A DNA stretch of 52,588 nucleotides from an uncultured archaeon. GTDB taxonomy: Archaea > Aenigmatarchaeota > Aenigmatarchaeia > CG10238-14 > SCSR01. Shown here piece by piece: positions 37,045-46,231 of this stretch (position 1 is its first letter; each line of letters opens with the position of its first letter). The notes beneath the pieces are model-generated. The model was not told the origin of the DNA and made no database searches. It saw only the letters and a program-made list of their open reading frames with translations. Both the position numbers and the translations under genes were made by a program. Where the stretch lies: positions 1-52,588 of the forward strand of contig CAZYHQ010000004.1 in NCBI GenBank assembly GCA_964646855.1, in the 5' to 3' direction.

Positions 37045-37704
37045 TTAACATTTTGTAATCTCGTTGAGAGTGTCCATAACAGTCACTCCCTGAAAAACCT
37101 TTTCGGAATCGATTATTACTGCCGGGAACTTTTCTATGTTGTGCTGTTTGACAACTGCAGCTGTTATGCTCAAATCCAGATCAGCTGCCAGCGGTATGAG
37201 CATTATTTTGTTTCCGCATTTTTCCTTCAAGTCAAGCATTATGCTGGACTGCAGCTTGTTTTCTATCGCCTGCTCCCTGCTCAGGTCCTTTTGCTCGAAC
37301 AGGTGGACTACGTTGCTGTAGGAAAAGCTGCATTTGTTCTTCAGCTCTATGCTGTTCAGCCAGAAAGTGGTCTGCAGCAAAACGTATCTTCTCTGCTCCT
37401 GCTCCAGTTCAGCAGTCAGGCCGCTCCCTTGTATCGCTTTCTCTATTGCCAGCCCGTCCTGGTAAATTTTTGAATTGAACGCGAGATTTTCCTCTAGGGC
37501 AGCATCGCAGGACTCGCCGCCAAGGCTTTGAAAATACTGCGAGAGCAGGCGCGCATCGTTCCAGTCAGTTTCAATTTGTGTGAGCGTCGACCTTACCGAA
37601 GACAGCCTTGTGTTGTCCAGCCAAATCCCGAAAAAGATTCCGGCGATGAAGACGACTATCGTTATTATTCCTGCTTTGACGTAGGCGCTCATTTGGTAAG
37701 CCAT
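37045..37704 (-). CDS. Membrane-anchored protein with thioredoxin-like C-terminus
   Basis: N-terminal TM, Cys residues, I..FPAVIID..K..QG; overlaps the GT2 stop. Confidence 0.75.
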   Translation of the reverse strand: MAYQMSAYVKAGIITIVVFIAGIFFGIWLDNTRLSSVRSTLTQIETDWNDARLLSQYFQSLGGESCDAALEENLAFNSKIYQDGLAIEKAIQGSGLTAELEQEQRRYVLLQTTFWLNSIELKNKCSFSYSNVVHLFEQKDLSREQAIENKLQSSIMLDLKEKCGNKIMLIPLAADLDLSITAAVVKQHNIEKFPAVIIDSEKVFQGVTVMDTLNEITKC

Positions 37705-38915
37705 CCGAAATCCTTTTTGAGGTATTTGTAAAGGGAGTACAGGCCGACCAGCGGGAAAAGAAAAAGGTAGAACGACAAAAATGTCAGCAGGCTGAATACT
37801 TTCGGTCTTGCCGAATAGTTTCTCAGAGTAACGGCTACGGCAGCGAGACTGAGGACGAGGACTGCCAACCCGTACAGAGTGAACTCGTTCGGCAGGTAGT
37901 CAAAGCCGAACCTGGTTTTTGTGCCGAGCAGGAAGGAGTTAATATAATATAGGCTGTTGTTGATGAGAAAGTTGCCGATCAGATAGACAGAAGCGAACAC
38001 CCCGAGTATCTGCAGAATGTAGCCTGCAAGGGAAAACGGGATTACAAAGGTTCCTAACGGATGGTTGTGGAAGATGCAAGAATAATGCTTCACCAGGGTT
38101 TGCAGTCCGCCTACTCCCCACCTTGTCCTTTGTTTCCACCAAGATTGCAAGTTGTCTGGGTAGTTTGTATGCACAACAGAATCATATGCCATTTTAATCT
38201 TGTAGCCGTTCCGCAAAATTCTCCACGCAATTTCAACGTCCTCCAAGAGATTTTTCTCGTCAAACAAGCCGATCTTGTAAAGGACGTCCTTTCTGTAAAC
38301 GCTCATCGGCCCGGGGGTTGCGTCTATCAAATTCAATTTCTCCCTGACTTTTCTGGACAGTGCGACAGCCATGAACTCCAAGTCCTGCCACCTTTCGAGA
38401 AGTGTTCTCTTGCTTTTCACAAGGATGTGCGACGTTACCGCTGCAATTCTCGGATCACTGAAGTACTGAACGGCGTTGCGCAGGGCGCTCTTGTCAAGCT
38501 CCGAGTCCGCATCAATCACAACGACAAAATCGTTCTTGGATTTTTTGATGCCGAAGTTCAGAGCAGAGGCCTTTCCTCCGTTTGCCTTTCTGAAAATTTT
38601 CACATTCTTGTTTTTGAATTTCACAGCAGTCTGGTAAGTTTCATCCGTGCTGCCGTCGTCAACGACAATCAATTCTGTTTTGCTTTTCGGATAGTTCAGC
38701 CCTAGCAGGTTTTTCAACGTCTTGCCTATGGTGTTTTCTTCGTTGTATGCCGGAATGATGATGCTGACACCGGGAAAACTTTTAATCTGCGTTTTTTTCC
38801 AAATAGAATTTTTGTTTTCGTTCCAGAGCAGCAGGTGAAAGGCGGAAATGTATGTGGCAACTATCGCAATTCCAAGGTAAATGAAATTAATTATCGGGTC
38901 GGACAGTATTGCCAT
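37689..38915 (-). CDS. Processive family-2 glycosyltransferase (cellulose/PNAG synthase-like)
   Basis: IPAYNEE, VDDGSTD, NGGKA.ALN, DAD, ED, QRTRW (QxxRW), C-terminal TMs. Confidence 0.93.
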   Translation of the reverse strand: MAILSDPIINFIYLGIAIVATYISAFHLLLWNENKNSIWKKTQIKSFPGVSIIIPAYNEENTIGKTLKNLLGLNYPKSKTELIVVDDGSTDETYQTAVKFKNKNVKIFRKANGGKASALNFGIKKSKNDFVVVIDADSELDKSALRNAVQYFSDPRIAAVTSHILVKSKRTLLERWQDLEFMAVALSRKVREKLNLIDATPGPMSVYRKDVLYKIGLFDEKNLLEDVEIAWRILRNGYKIKMAYDSVVHTNYPDNLQSWWKQRTRWGVGGLQTLVKHYSCIFHNHPLGTFVIPFSLAGYILQILGVFASVYLIGNFLINNSLYYINSFLLGTKTRFGFDYLPNEFTLYGLAVLVLSLAAVAVTLRNYSARPKVFSLLTFLSFYLFLFPLVGLYSLYKYLKKDFGWLTK

Positions 38916-38927
38916 GCTCTCACATAA

Positions 38928-39590
38928 TTAATTTGCAGTTGTAGGTTTTAACTGCAGTGCGATCATCAGCAGTTTCGCAGTTACAAGATCCATGTCGTCC
39001 GTGGTTATCGCGCTCAAAAGTATCACATGGTTTTCCAGTTTTATGGAAGTCTCTGTTGCAAACTTCGGATGGACTAAAGCAATAATCGGGTTGTCTATTT
39101 TTCCAGGCAGTTTGTAGTAGGAGTCGACCTCGATTGCGTTGAAGCCGGGTGATTCAGCGTTCTGGTACGACAGCTCGTAAGTTTTTTTGAGTTTGGTCAC
39201 AAGCTCGATTACCTGCAATTGGTAGTAGGGGTTTTCTGTCGGGCCTGCGTCCTTGAAAGCAATGGTTATGTTTTTTATAAACGGCGTCTCTCCGATGTTA
39301 AAAAGCTCGAAGTAAACAGCATCCTCGCTCGGCTCTACTCTGACCTTTTCTGCATCTCTCAGATCCGCACGGAACGCCCACTCCTGGCCGAGGGCGAAGG
39401 CCTTGTGGTACTCGATAGCCGAAGGTGTGGTGAGATAGCTGTAAATTGTGAAGACTGCCAGAAGAAAAATAGACGTCAGTATGACGGCGAAAACGGTTTT
39501 CCGCTTTGTAATTTTCAATTTAATTTTTAGTCCAGACTTCGTTTCGGATTCCGGGTCCTCGGTTTTTTTCTCTTCTGATTTTTCTTCCAT
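38928..39590 (-). CDS. Single-pass membrane protein, function unknown
   Basis: One TM near the N-terminus; lies in the S-layer/GT2 cluster. Confidence 0.78.
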   Translation of the reverse strand: MEEKSEEKKTEDPESETKSGLKIKLKITKRKTVFAVILTSIFLLAVFTIYSYLTTPSAIEYHKAFALGQEWAFRADLRDAEKVRVEPSEDAVYFELFNIGETPFIKNITIAFKDAGPTENPYYQLQVIELVTKLKKTYELSYQNAESPGFNAIEVDSYYKLPGKIDNPIIALVHPKFATETSIKLENHVILLSAITTDDMDLVTAKLLMIALQLKPTTAN

Positions 39591-39671
39591 AAATAACAGT
39601 ATCAGAATGAATTTTTAAAAATAAAAAAAGAAGGGGAAAGGAAATTAAAGGTTTTCCTAGCCTTCTCAGCT

Positions 39672-42077
39672 TTAAGCTGCTGTAACTACTGGAGATGCAA
39701 CTGTTCCGGTTACCTCAACCGCGCCGCCCGTTATCGTAGATAGACGAGTTGCGTAGTTCTGCAACACAGATGATGCAAGTCTAGTATCTTCAGCGCGCGT
39801 ACCAGCAACTACCAGGGCAACTTTGCCTGTAGTGAAAGCGTCGTCCACAGCTCTAATCATGCCAATGTCCTTTCCTGGCCATGTGGCGCATGTGTATGGG
39901 AACTTTCCAGCAGCTGCTAAATCAGCCACCAGTGTGTTCGCACACGGACCACCGACTAAGACAAGACTCTTGGCTTTCTCTGTAACAGTCACTTCACTGT
40001 CAAGCTTGGCCACAGCAGACGTTATCGGAACATACTCTTTGTATGTAGTCGTTCCGCTTGTTGTCGAGCCGGTCTTCTTGCCGAAGTAGGATTTTATTAA
40101 CAGATCCTTCACTGGTATCTTGACCACAACCTTGTCAGACGCACCTTCTGTGGCTGTAGGTTGCACCAAAATACCTGAATCTGAAACTACTTCGTTAGAC
40201 TGCTTACCAGCGTCAGACAAAGCGCCTTCTGACTGAACTCCTACTTCGAAGACTTCAGCAGTGGCTCCTGACGCACCTAGCCTGAACTCTGGTGTTTGAC
40301 TGTTGTATATGTTAGCTGTCTTGTTGTCCCAGGATACGTTGACTCCTATTGCTGCTCCAACCTTGCTTATGGCGAACTGCCTAATCTTAACACCGTAGCC
40401 TGTTGCGTTCACTAATGTGAACGAAAGGTTGTACGTTTGTTCACCCACGTTTCCGTAATTCAACGAAATGTTGTGGGTGTAGTTCTGAGGAGTGTTGTCA
40501 CCGCCCAATAGTCCGAACACCCATACCGGATATTCTACCATCGAGTTGTTGACACTCATGTTGCCCATGAACGTGAAACCGATAGAGTCGTTTACCAATA
40601 CCTTCTGTTTGACAGAATCATAGTAACCGACTATTACCGGATACAAGTCCTGTGCCTGCAAACTCCTGTTGAACAAGATGTAGGCTTTTGTGAATGGGTT
40701 TGTTCCAGACAGTCCACCCCTGCTACCAAGTGTGGCTGTAACGTCGGAGCTTATCTCCAGACCGTTCAAGCTTCCCTGCACCAAGTTGTCTGTCGAATTG
40801 TAGACAGACTGCGAGGTTACAGGCTTGATAGTAACGGTTGCGAACTTGTCTGTGTTCCATCCCTCGTATGCCAGCTCACCATAGTTGTTGGGTAACGCTA
40901 TCTTGCTACCAGCTAAGTAGTACTCTGTTGACGATGGTTTGTAGACCACGTCTATGGATGCGCTAACTGCGATTGTACCCTCTACGCTGCTAACTGTTCC
41001 GAAAGCCGAGCTTGAGGTTTGTATACCCCACTTGGTTTCGCCTGGGAATCTGTCACTACCTGTCCCTGTCGAGGCAACGTCAGCGGATGTATCGTATGTC
41101 TTTTCGACACCGTCAGCAGTTTTACCGACTACTACGTCGGCACCGACTACTGTACCATCCTGCAGTGCGTTTACGTTAGTGACCTTGACTCTCAATCCAG
41201 TTGCAGACGAATCCTTAGAGTCTGTTCCACCAGACCTGTCAGGATCGTCAACTGTTAGCGTGTCCTTGGTGACGCCAGCTGCGTCTTTGATTATTATTCG
41301 TGCCCAAGTATTGTCGCTACCTAGGTCAGAATAGACTGTGTAGTCACCAAATTTGACACCAGAGGTTGCTGTAGCTGTACCCACGGTACCAGATAGCATT
41401 TTAACCTGTCCACCGCCAGCACCTACGATTATGAAATCCTTGCCCATCATTTGTATTTTGACGGTGTTTACATAATCCGGTTTGCTGATAGTACCCTTTG
41501 CTGCTGTCTTACCTGCGAAGTCAGTTATGTTGATTTGCTTGTCGATAACATAAGAGTATTTTATGTTACCGTCAGCAACCACCATCTTCTCCGTTCCGTT
41601 GACATCAGACGCAGACAAGCCGTGTCTGAAGTTTACGGCCGCGAGGTTCACTTGTTCGTGAACGTCGTAGTCAGTACCCTTGACATTGACTACAGTGTCT
41701 TTCAATCCAGTGTAGTGGAATGTCTTGAGTATGCCAGAGGCTGGGAAAGCGTTTGTCGCGTCCAACCTTGTACCTGACGTGGAAGTTGGTAGAGGAATGG
41801 TATCCTTTAGGGTACCATCAACTGTTACTCCGCTGGTAGTTGTAATTGATTTTGTTACTGTTGATACACCGGCCAAGTTGACTGCAATGTCAACCGCACC
41901 TGCAACGTCCTCGGAAGCAGCTGTTTTACCAACTACTACGAAGGCGTCTAGTGTACCGTCTTTTGCTAGAATTCCTGGATAGTCTTTTAATGCTGTCGCT
42001 GCAAATACTGGACTTGCCCAGATTGATCCAGCCATTACGGCCGCTAAACCTGTCGCAATCCATTTTTTAATTTGCAT
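39672..42077 (-). CDS. S-layer (glyco)protein
   Basis: Signal peptide; VVVG..AA..DV..A.DIA N-terminal and LD.E.....LVLVGGPCAN.L...VAG....DT..A...L C-terminal S-layer motifs; T/S/G-rich with several N-x-S/T sequons; GAGGT SD. Confidence 0.9.
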   Translation of the reverse strand: MQIKKWIATGLAAVMAGSIWASPVFAATALKDYPGILAKDGTLDAFVVVGKTAASEDVAGAVDIAVNLAGVSTVTKSITTTSGVTVDGTLKDTIPLPTSTSGTRLDATNAFPASGILKTFHYTGLKDTVVNVKGTDYDVHEQVNLAAVNFRHGLSASDVNGTEKMVVADGNIKYSYVIDKQINITDFAGKTAAKGTISKPDYVNTVKIQMMGKDFIIVGAGGGQVKMLSGTVGTATATSGVKFGDYTVYSDLGSDNTWARIIIKDAAGVTKDTLTVDDPDRSGGTDSKDSSATGLRVKVTNVNALQDGTVVGADVVVGKTADGVEKTYDTSADVASTGTGSDRFPGETKWGIQTSSSAFGTVSSVEGTIAVSASIDVVYKPSSTEYYLAGSKIALPNNYGELAYEGWNTDKFATVTIKPVTSQSVYNSTDNLVQGSLNGLEISSDVTATLGSRGGLSGTNPFTKAYILFNRSLQAQDLYPVIVGYYDSVKQKVLVNDSIGFTFMGNMSVNNSMVEYPVWVFGLLGGDNTPQNYTHNISLNYGNVGEQTYNLSFTLVNATGYGVKIRQFAISKVGAAIGVNVSWDNKTANIYNSQTPEFRLGASGATAEVFEVGVQSEGALSDAGKQSNEVVSDSGILVQPTATEGASDKVVVKIPVKDLLIKSYFGKKTGSTTSGTTTYKEYVPITSAVAKLDSEVTVTEKAKSLVLVGGPCANTLVADLAAAGKFPYTCATWPGKDIGMIRAVDDAFTTGKVALVVAGTRAEDTRLASSVLQNYATRLSTITGGAVEVTGTVASPVVTAA

Positions 42078-42373
42078 TGATTTTACCTCTTATTAACCTT
42101 CACTGCCAATATCGATACCTTTCGATAGTCGATACCGTACAGTGCTTGGGTTTTCTTAACAAATATTATAGTCTAGACCACCTATATAGTTTACTTGAAA
42201 CGGTTTCTGAACCAAACTTCATCCGAAAATTAGATGCTGAAAAGCGCGTTTCCAAATAAAAAAGGGCGTCTAATTGTTTCTAGAAGTAATTTAAGGCTTT
42301 AAATGTTGTTTAAAGCCAAAATTTATCCTTTCAGTCTGGAAATGTAAAAATCATGAAATCTATCTAAATTGGG

Positions 42374-43303
42374 TCAAACTTGCAGCCTTTTTCTCAAAAG
42401 CTTCAGTATGTTTGTCCTTCCGCGCCTTTCAACCTCGACAAGCCCTCTTCCTGCCAGGCTTTTGACAACCCTGCTGACCTTCGCCTTGGAAAAGTTCGTT
42501 TCTTGGACTATTTTCCGCTGGTTGAGCGGAGAGTTCGATGCCAGAAGTATGTCTACGACTTTCCTTTCGTACTCGTCCAAAACAGACAAAACTAGTTTCT
42601 CTGATTTCTTCGCGAAGTAACGCAGGTAAATGAAACCGAAGACAACTGCAAACGCGACCCCGGCCAGCGCAAAATGCCTCAGCTGCAGCTGAAACCAAGG
42701 CGGCGCAATTATCTGCTCGTAAAGAACCTCGAATCTGAGCTGATCGGTGGTTTTTACATTCTGCATCTGCCAGCTTAGTACCAGCTTCCTGCCGTCGCTG
42801 ACTATGTTAGGATTTTCAGGGTAGACTACGTACTCGAACTGGGTCTGGCTTTTATCGACAAGAATCATTCCGTCGGGCAGGGAAATGGATGCAAACAAGT
42901 TGGTTACGTTTTGGTTTATGCCAAAGCTGCTCGAAAAGTAAATTCTGTTCTGGCTGACTTTTGTTACGAAATCTTCTGTCTCAAAACTTATAGTAACTTT
43001 GTTGACGTCTCCGACTTTGCATTCTATAAAACTGAACACCCCGGTCTGCAGGCTGCATGCAGCGTTGGTGTTGAAGTTTTGTATGTCGCCCCTGAAAGAA
43101 AGTCTGAAGGTTTCAGCTCTCGCCGTAGGAAACAGCTCCATTTCGATCAGGCTTTTCCCGGATTCCGACAAGGTCACATTCAGATAGTAGTCGCTGACCT
43201 GCGCGGATGACAGTGCAGAAAACAAAACAAAAGCTACTGCTGCAACGGCAATTGTTTCAAATTGTTTCACTGATTGTTTCACTATAGGATTGAAACGTTT
43301 CAC
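42374..43303 (-). CDS. Membrane-tethered transcriptional regulator (extracellular domain, TM, C-terminal wHTH; COG2512-like)
   Basis: L...E..V..IL......Q..IV..T..SKAKVSR.V..L..RGL.E.E..GRTN; true start may be slightly downstream. Confidence 0.85.
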   Translation of the reverse strand: MKRFNPIVKQSVKQFETIAVAAVAFVLFSALSSAQVSDYYLNVTLSESGKSLIEMELFPTARAETFRLSFRGDIQNFNTNAACSLQTGVFSFIECKVGDVNKVTISFETEDFVTKVSQNRIYFSSSFGINQNVTNLFASISLPDGMILVDKSQTQFEYVVYPENPNIVSDGRKLVLSWQMQNVKTTDQLRFEVLYEQIIAPPWFQLQLRHFALAGVAFAVVFGFIYLRYFAKKSEKLVLSVLDEYERKVVDILLASNSPLNQRKIVQETNFSKAKVSRVVKSLAGRGLVEVERRGRTNILKLLRKRLQV

Positions 43304-43323
43304 AATTTATAGAATGCGTTTCA
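43251..43323. repeat. Cluster of GTTTCA/TGAAAC boxes around the regulator start
   Basis: ATTGTTTCA at 43251, 43261 and 43273; perfect palindrome TGAAACGTTTCA at 43291-43302; GTTTCA at 43318. Confidence 0.7.
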
Positions 43324-43356
43324 AGGATTTATTTGTTTTTGCTGTTACTGGTTGCG

Positions 43357-43800
43357 TTACTGCGGCTGCTTGCCTGTTGAAATTACTATTCCGCCAGCGC
43401 CCTGCGCAGCGTACCTGTGCATCAAATCAGAAATTGTGTTCATTACAGCCTGGACTGTGCTGAAGCTTATCTCCAGCTTCTGCGGTTCCAAGACTTCCAC
43501 GCTGCTCGGCGCGAACGTTACGACTACCAGCAGCAGTGACTCTATGCTATGGGACAAGATTTCAACTTCCGCGACCTGCGAAAACGCTTGTTGTACATCC
43601 CTGGGCGGAGGACTCACTTCTATAGTCTCCTCAAACTTTTCAGAAAGAAGTTCGTTGTCCGGAGCCTGCTTCAACTTCTTGAGGTGGTTGGCAAGGGAAT
43701 CTTCAGCAACTTTCTTGTCGGTAGCCATGACTTCAAAAGTCATCCTGCAGCGGATCCAGCCATTTGAAACTCGCTCTTTTATCTCTTCTTTAGAAATCAT
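43357..43800 (-). CDS. Conserved-looking archaeal hypothetical protein
   Basis: FEV......AE..L, FS...EVE, F.PSSVEVLEP..L. Confidence 0.8.
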   Translation of the reverse strand: MISKEEIKERVSNGWIRCRMTFEVMATDKKVAEDSLANHLKKLKQAPDNELLSEKFEETIEVSPPPRDVQQAFSQVAEVEILSHSIESLLLVVVTFAPSSVEVLEPQKLEISFSTVQAVMNTISDLMHRYAAQGAGGIVISTGKQPQ

Positions 43801-43823
43801 ATTCTCAGATACTCTAAAAATAG

Positions 43824-44849
43824 TTAGGCAACTATATTAATCCTTACCCCGCAGTTCGGGCAGCGGTCTTTCTGAAGGTTGTTCTTTTTCACTGTCTGCG
43901 CAAACCTCTGCACAAGAAGCTCGCGGCAGTTGTAGCAGACCGTGCTTTCGTCGGCATGCGAAGGTGCGCTTATAATATAGACGTATCTGAGCCCTGTCCT
44001 CCTTGCCTCGTCTGCTGTCCTTTCCAGAGTCGAAACCGGGGTGGGCGGGAGTTCGCTCAGCTTTTTGTCAGGGTAGAACTGCATGACATGGAACGGCACT
44101 TCTGCGCCAAGCTCGCTGGTGATCCACTGCACGAGCTTCCTGCAGTTCTCCAGGTTGTCCCCTATCTGCGGCACAACTATGTCTGCAATCTCGACATGCA
44201 CCCTGTGCTTCTTCATCTTCTTTATCGAGTCGAAAATCGGGCTGAGGTCGGCTATGTCCATATAGTTCTTATAGAAAACAGGGTCTGCAGAGGCCTTGAA
44301 TACAATCAACGCTGCATCCAGGTACTTCACCGCTTTTTTCACAGCATCCTCTGTTATGAACGAGTTCGTGACAAAAACGTTCTTTATGCTGCTCCTGTGG
44401 GCCAGCTTGGCTGTACGGTAGGCAAACTCGAAAAAAATGAACGGCTCGGCGCTGTTGTATGTCAGCGAATTGACCTTCTTCTCCTCTGCCAGCCTTACAA
44501 CCTGCTCTGGAGTGTAATTGCTGCCGAAGACTTTTTCTTGCTCCTTGTCCCTGAAAATCTCGCTTGCGTCGGTAGGCAGGTTGCTGCCGACAGAAGTCAA
44601 AGTGAGTGTTTTGCTGGATGGATAGAAGTGGAACAAAGGCTTTTTCTCTATCGGCTCGACAGAGACATCCCGTATCTTGCCGTAGTTCAGAGTGAAAAGC
44701 TTGTTGCCGACGTTTTTCCTGACCTGGCAGTAGCCGAACTTGTCTTTTGAAATAAAACAATTCCTCGCGCACGCCATACAGCGAACGCCGTTGCGCTCCT
44801 TCTGCCAGAGCATAGCTTCCTGTAGCTCAGCCTTAGCCTTTTTAACCAA
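43824..44849 (-). CDS. AmmeMemoRadiSam (AmrS)-like radical SAM homolog lacking CxxxCxxC
   Basis: C..C.R.C....G.C.VR.N, P.EKKPLFHFYP, P.H...FYP, PPTP...LE, GLRYVY, T.C..C...C..CG; GSNLPTDASE in place of GCNxxCxxCQN. Confidence 0.85.
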   Translation of the reverse strand: MVKKAKAELQEAMLWQKERNGVRCMACARNCFISKDKFGYCQVRKNVGNKLFTLNYGKIRDVSVEPIEKKPLFHFYPSSKTLTLTSVGSNLPTDASEIFRDKEQEKVFGSNYTPEQVVRLAEEKKVNSLTYNSAEPFIFFEFAYRTAKLAHRSSIKNVFVTNSFITEDAVKKAVKYLDAALIVFKASADPVFYKNYMDIADLSPIFDSIKKMKKHRVHVEIADIVVPQIGDNLENCRKLVQWITSELGAEVPFHVMQFYPDKKLSELPPTPVSTLERTADEARRTGLRYVYIISAPSHADESTVCYNCRELLVQRFAQTVKKNNLQKDRCPNCGVRINIVA

Positions 44850-44916
44850 CCATGACCACCGAATGAACTAAATAGATTAATTAATTAGTCGCGCAAACTA
44901 TTATAGATTCGGCAGT

Positions 44917-45014
44917 GCCCCAATAGCTCAGTCCGGTAGATTAGGACCGAAAGCAACTGCTTCGTATCCAGCAGGAAAAGCAGTGGGTCGTGGGTTCAAC
45001 TCCCACTTGGGGCT
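44917..45014 (+). tRNA. tRNA-Thr(CGT) with two 12-nt introns
   Basis: Acceptor GCCCCAA/TTGGGGC; D-arm intron about 44940-44951 with BHB (CGGT/ACCG, bulges AGA and AAA); anticodon CGT at 44963-44965; intron about 44967-44978; mature length 74 nt. Confidence 0.88.
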
Positions 45015-45058
45015 CTTAATCAAGCTGTTTTTAAACTTTGTTGACAAATTAATTCTTC

Positions 45059-45349
45059 ATGGAAGTAGTACTGAAGCTCGAATCAAAAGATTTGCAGAAA
45101 ATAAAAGACGTTTTGCTAAAAGACGATTCTGTTTCGCGCGCAAGTCTGACTTTCAAAGACGGAAGTTTTGTAAACGAGAAAGGTTATTACTGCTACATCT
45201 CCGGCACGGACGAGCAGTGCAAGAAAGCCCTAGAGTTGACAAAAGAATTGGCAAAAGAAGTTTCCAGTTCAGAGAAGGGTAAAGTAATCGCAAAAATCAA
45301 GGAAGAGGAGAATAAAGCCATAGAAGGCATGGGCTCCATTTTTGGTTGA
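45059..45349 (+). CDS. Conserved-looking small archaeal protein
   Basis: L..DD.VSR.S....D, Y.YI.G, VI..IK.EE..A..G.G.IFG. Confidence 0.8.
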   Translation: MEVVLKLESKDLQKIKDVLLKDDSVSRASLTFKDGSFVNEKGYYCYISGTDEQCKKALELTKELAKEVSSSEKGKVIAKIKEEENKAIEGMGSIFG

Positions 45350-45561
45350 AAATGATTTCTGACACAGAATTGGAAAATTTTAGGAAAGAATACAGAACTG
45401 TTGAGTATAATCCCCCATTCGCACATCCGCAACATTCAAAATCACGAACTTATTTGGCAAAAGTTATTGATTATGACAACAGAGATGTCCACATCGTAAC
45501 CGAGGACGGTAGGCAGCTTTGGTTGTTTCGGGAGTACTGTTCGCTCCCGCTGAAGACTTAA
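45346..45561 (+). CDS. Small hypothetical protein
   Basis: 71-aa ORF overlapping the upstream stop; beta-rich. Confidence 0.55.
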   Translation: MKMISDTELENFRKEYRTVEYNPPFAHPQHSKSRTYLAKVIDYDNRDVHIVTEDGRQLWLFREYCSLPLKT

Positions 45562-45601
45562 TAGATAAGTTAAATAAAATTAACAACAAATAAATTTTCA
45601 T

Positions 45602-45689
45602 GCGACAGTGGTCCAGCCTGGTCTAAGACGCGAGCTTGCCATCTGCGGGCAAACAGTTCGCAACCCGGGTTCAAATCCCGGCTGTCGCA
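45602..45689 (+). tRNA. tRNA-Gly(GCC) with 13-nt intron
   Basis: Acceptor GCGACAG/CTGTCGC, anticodon GCC at 45638-45640, intron 45642-45654 with clean BHB (TTGC/GCAA, bulges CAT and ACA). Confidence 0.93.
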
Positions 45690-45691
45690 CA

Positions 45692-46180
45692 TCACAAATT
45701 TTCTTTGAGAAATTTTTTGAAATCCTCGCTTTTCCAATACGCCATTTCTGGTGTGTCGTTCAATTCAAAAATTACTATCTCGGAGTCTTCTGCGGGTTTT
45801 CGCGGTTCGCCAGTTACTTCAGCCAAAATCTCGGGTTCAATGTGCCAATGTTTTTCGTTGTCAACATAAGACTCTACAGAGAGAATTTTTACGGACTTAA
45901 CAGCCATACCAAGTTGTTCTTTTACAAGTCTTTTTGCGCAATCCATCATGCTTTCTCCCCAAATCATCAAACCATGAGGAAATCTTATCGCATCAAGCTT
46001 GTCGTGTCTCGGTAGCCCATGAAACCAATGAACTGCATAAAACTTCTTTCCGTCCCAAGAAATTATCTCAGGCGCCATGTGCATACCATCTACAACTTCG
46101 TTTTCGATTGGCTTGCCAAAATTTGCTTCATTATTCACCGCTTTGTAGCCGCTGGACGTTAGCTTTTCCATTATTATCAA
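45692..46180 (-). CDS. NUDIX-fold protein (degenerate Nudix box)
   Basis: FPHG....GES..DCA.R...EQLG. Confidence 0.7.
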   Translation of the reverse strand: MIIMEKLTSSGYKAVNNEANFGKPIENEVVDGMHMAPEIISWDGKKFYAVHWFHGLPRHDKLDAIRFPHGLMIWGESMMDCAKRLVKEQLGMAVKSVKILSVESYVDNEKHWHIEPEILAEVTGEPRKPAEDSEIVIFELNDTPEMAYWKSEDFKKFLKENL

Positions 46181-46231
46181 ATAACCTTTACTCGGACAAA
46201 AACTTATATTATCAAAAGAAAATTAATTTAG

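Noticed and set aside
43956-44750. 264-aa plus-strand ORF, and other long antisense ORFs such as 38061-38705, 31674-32243 and 25496-25996
   Set aside because: Shadow frames opposite well-supported genes, with no recognisable motifs.
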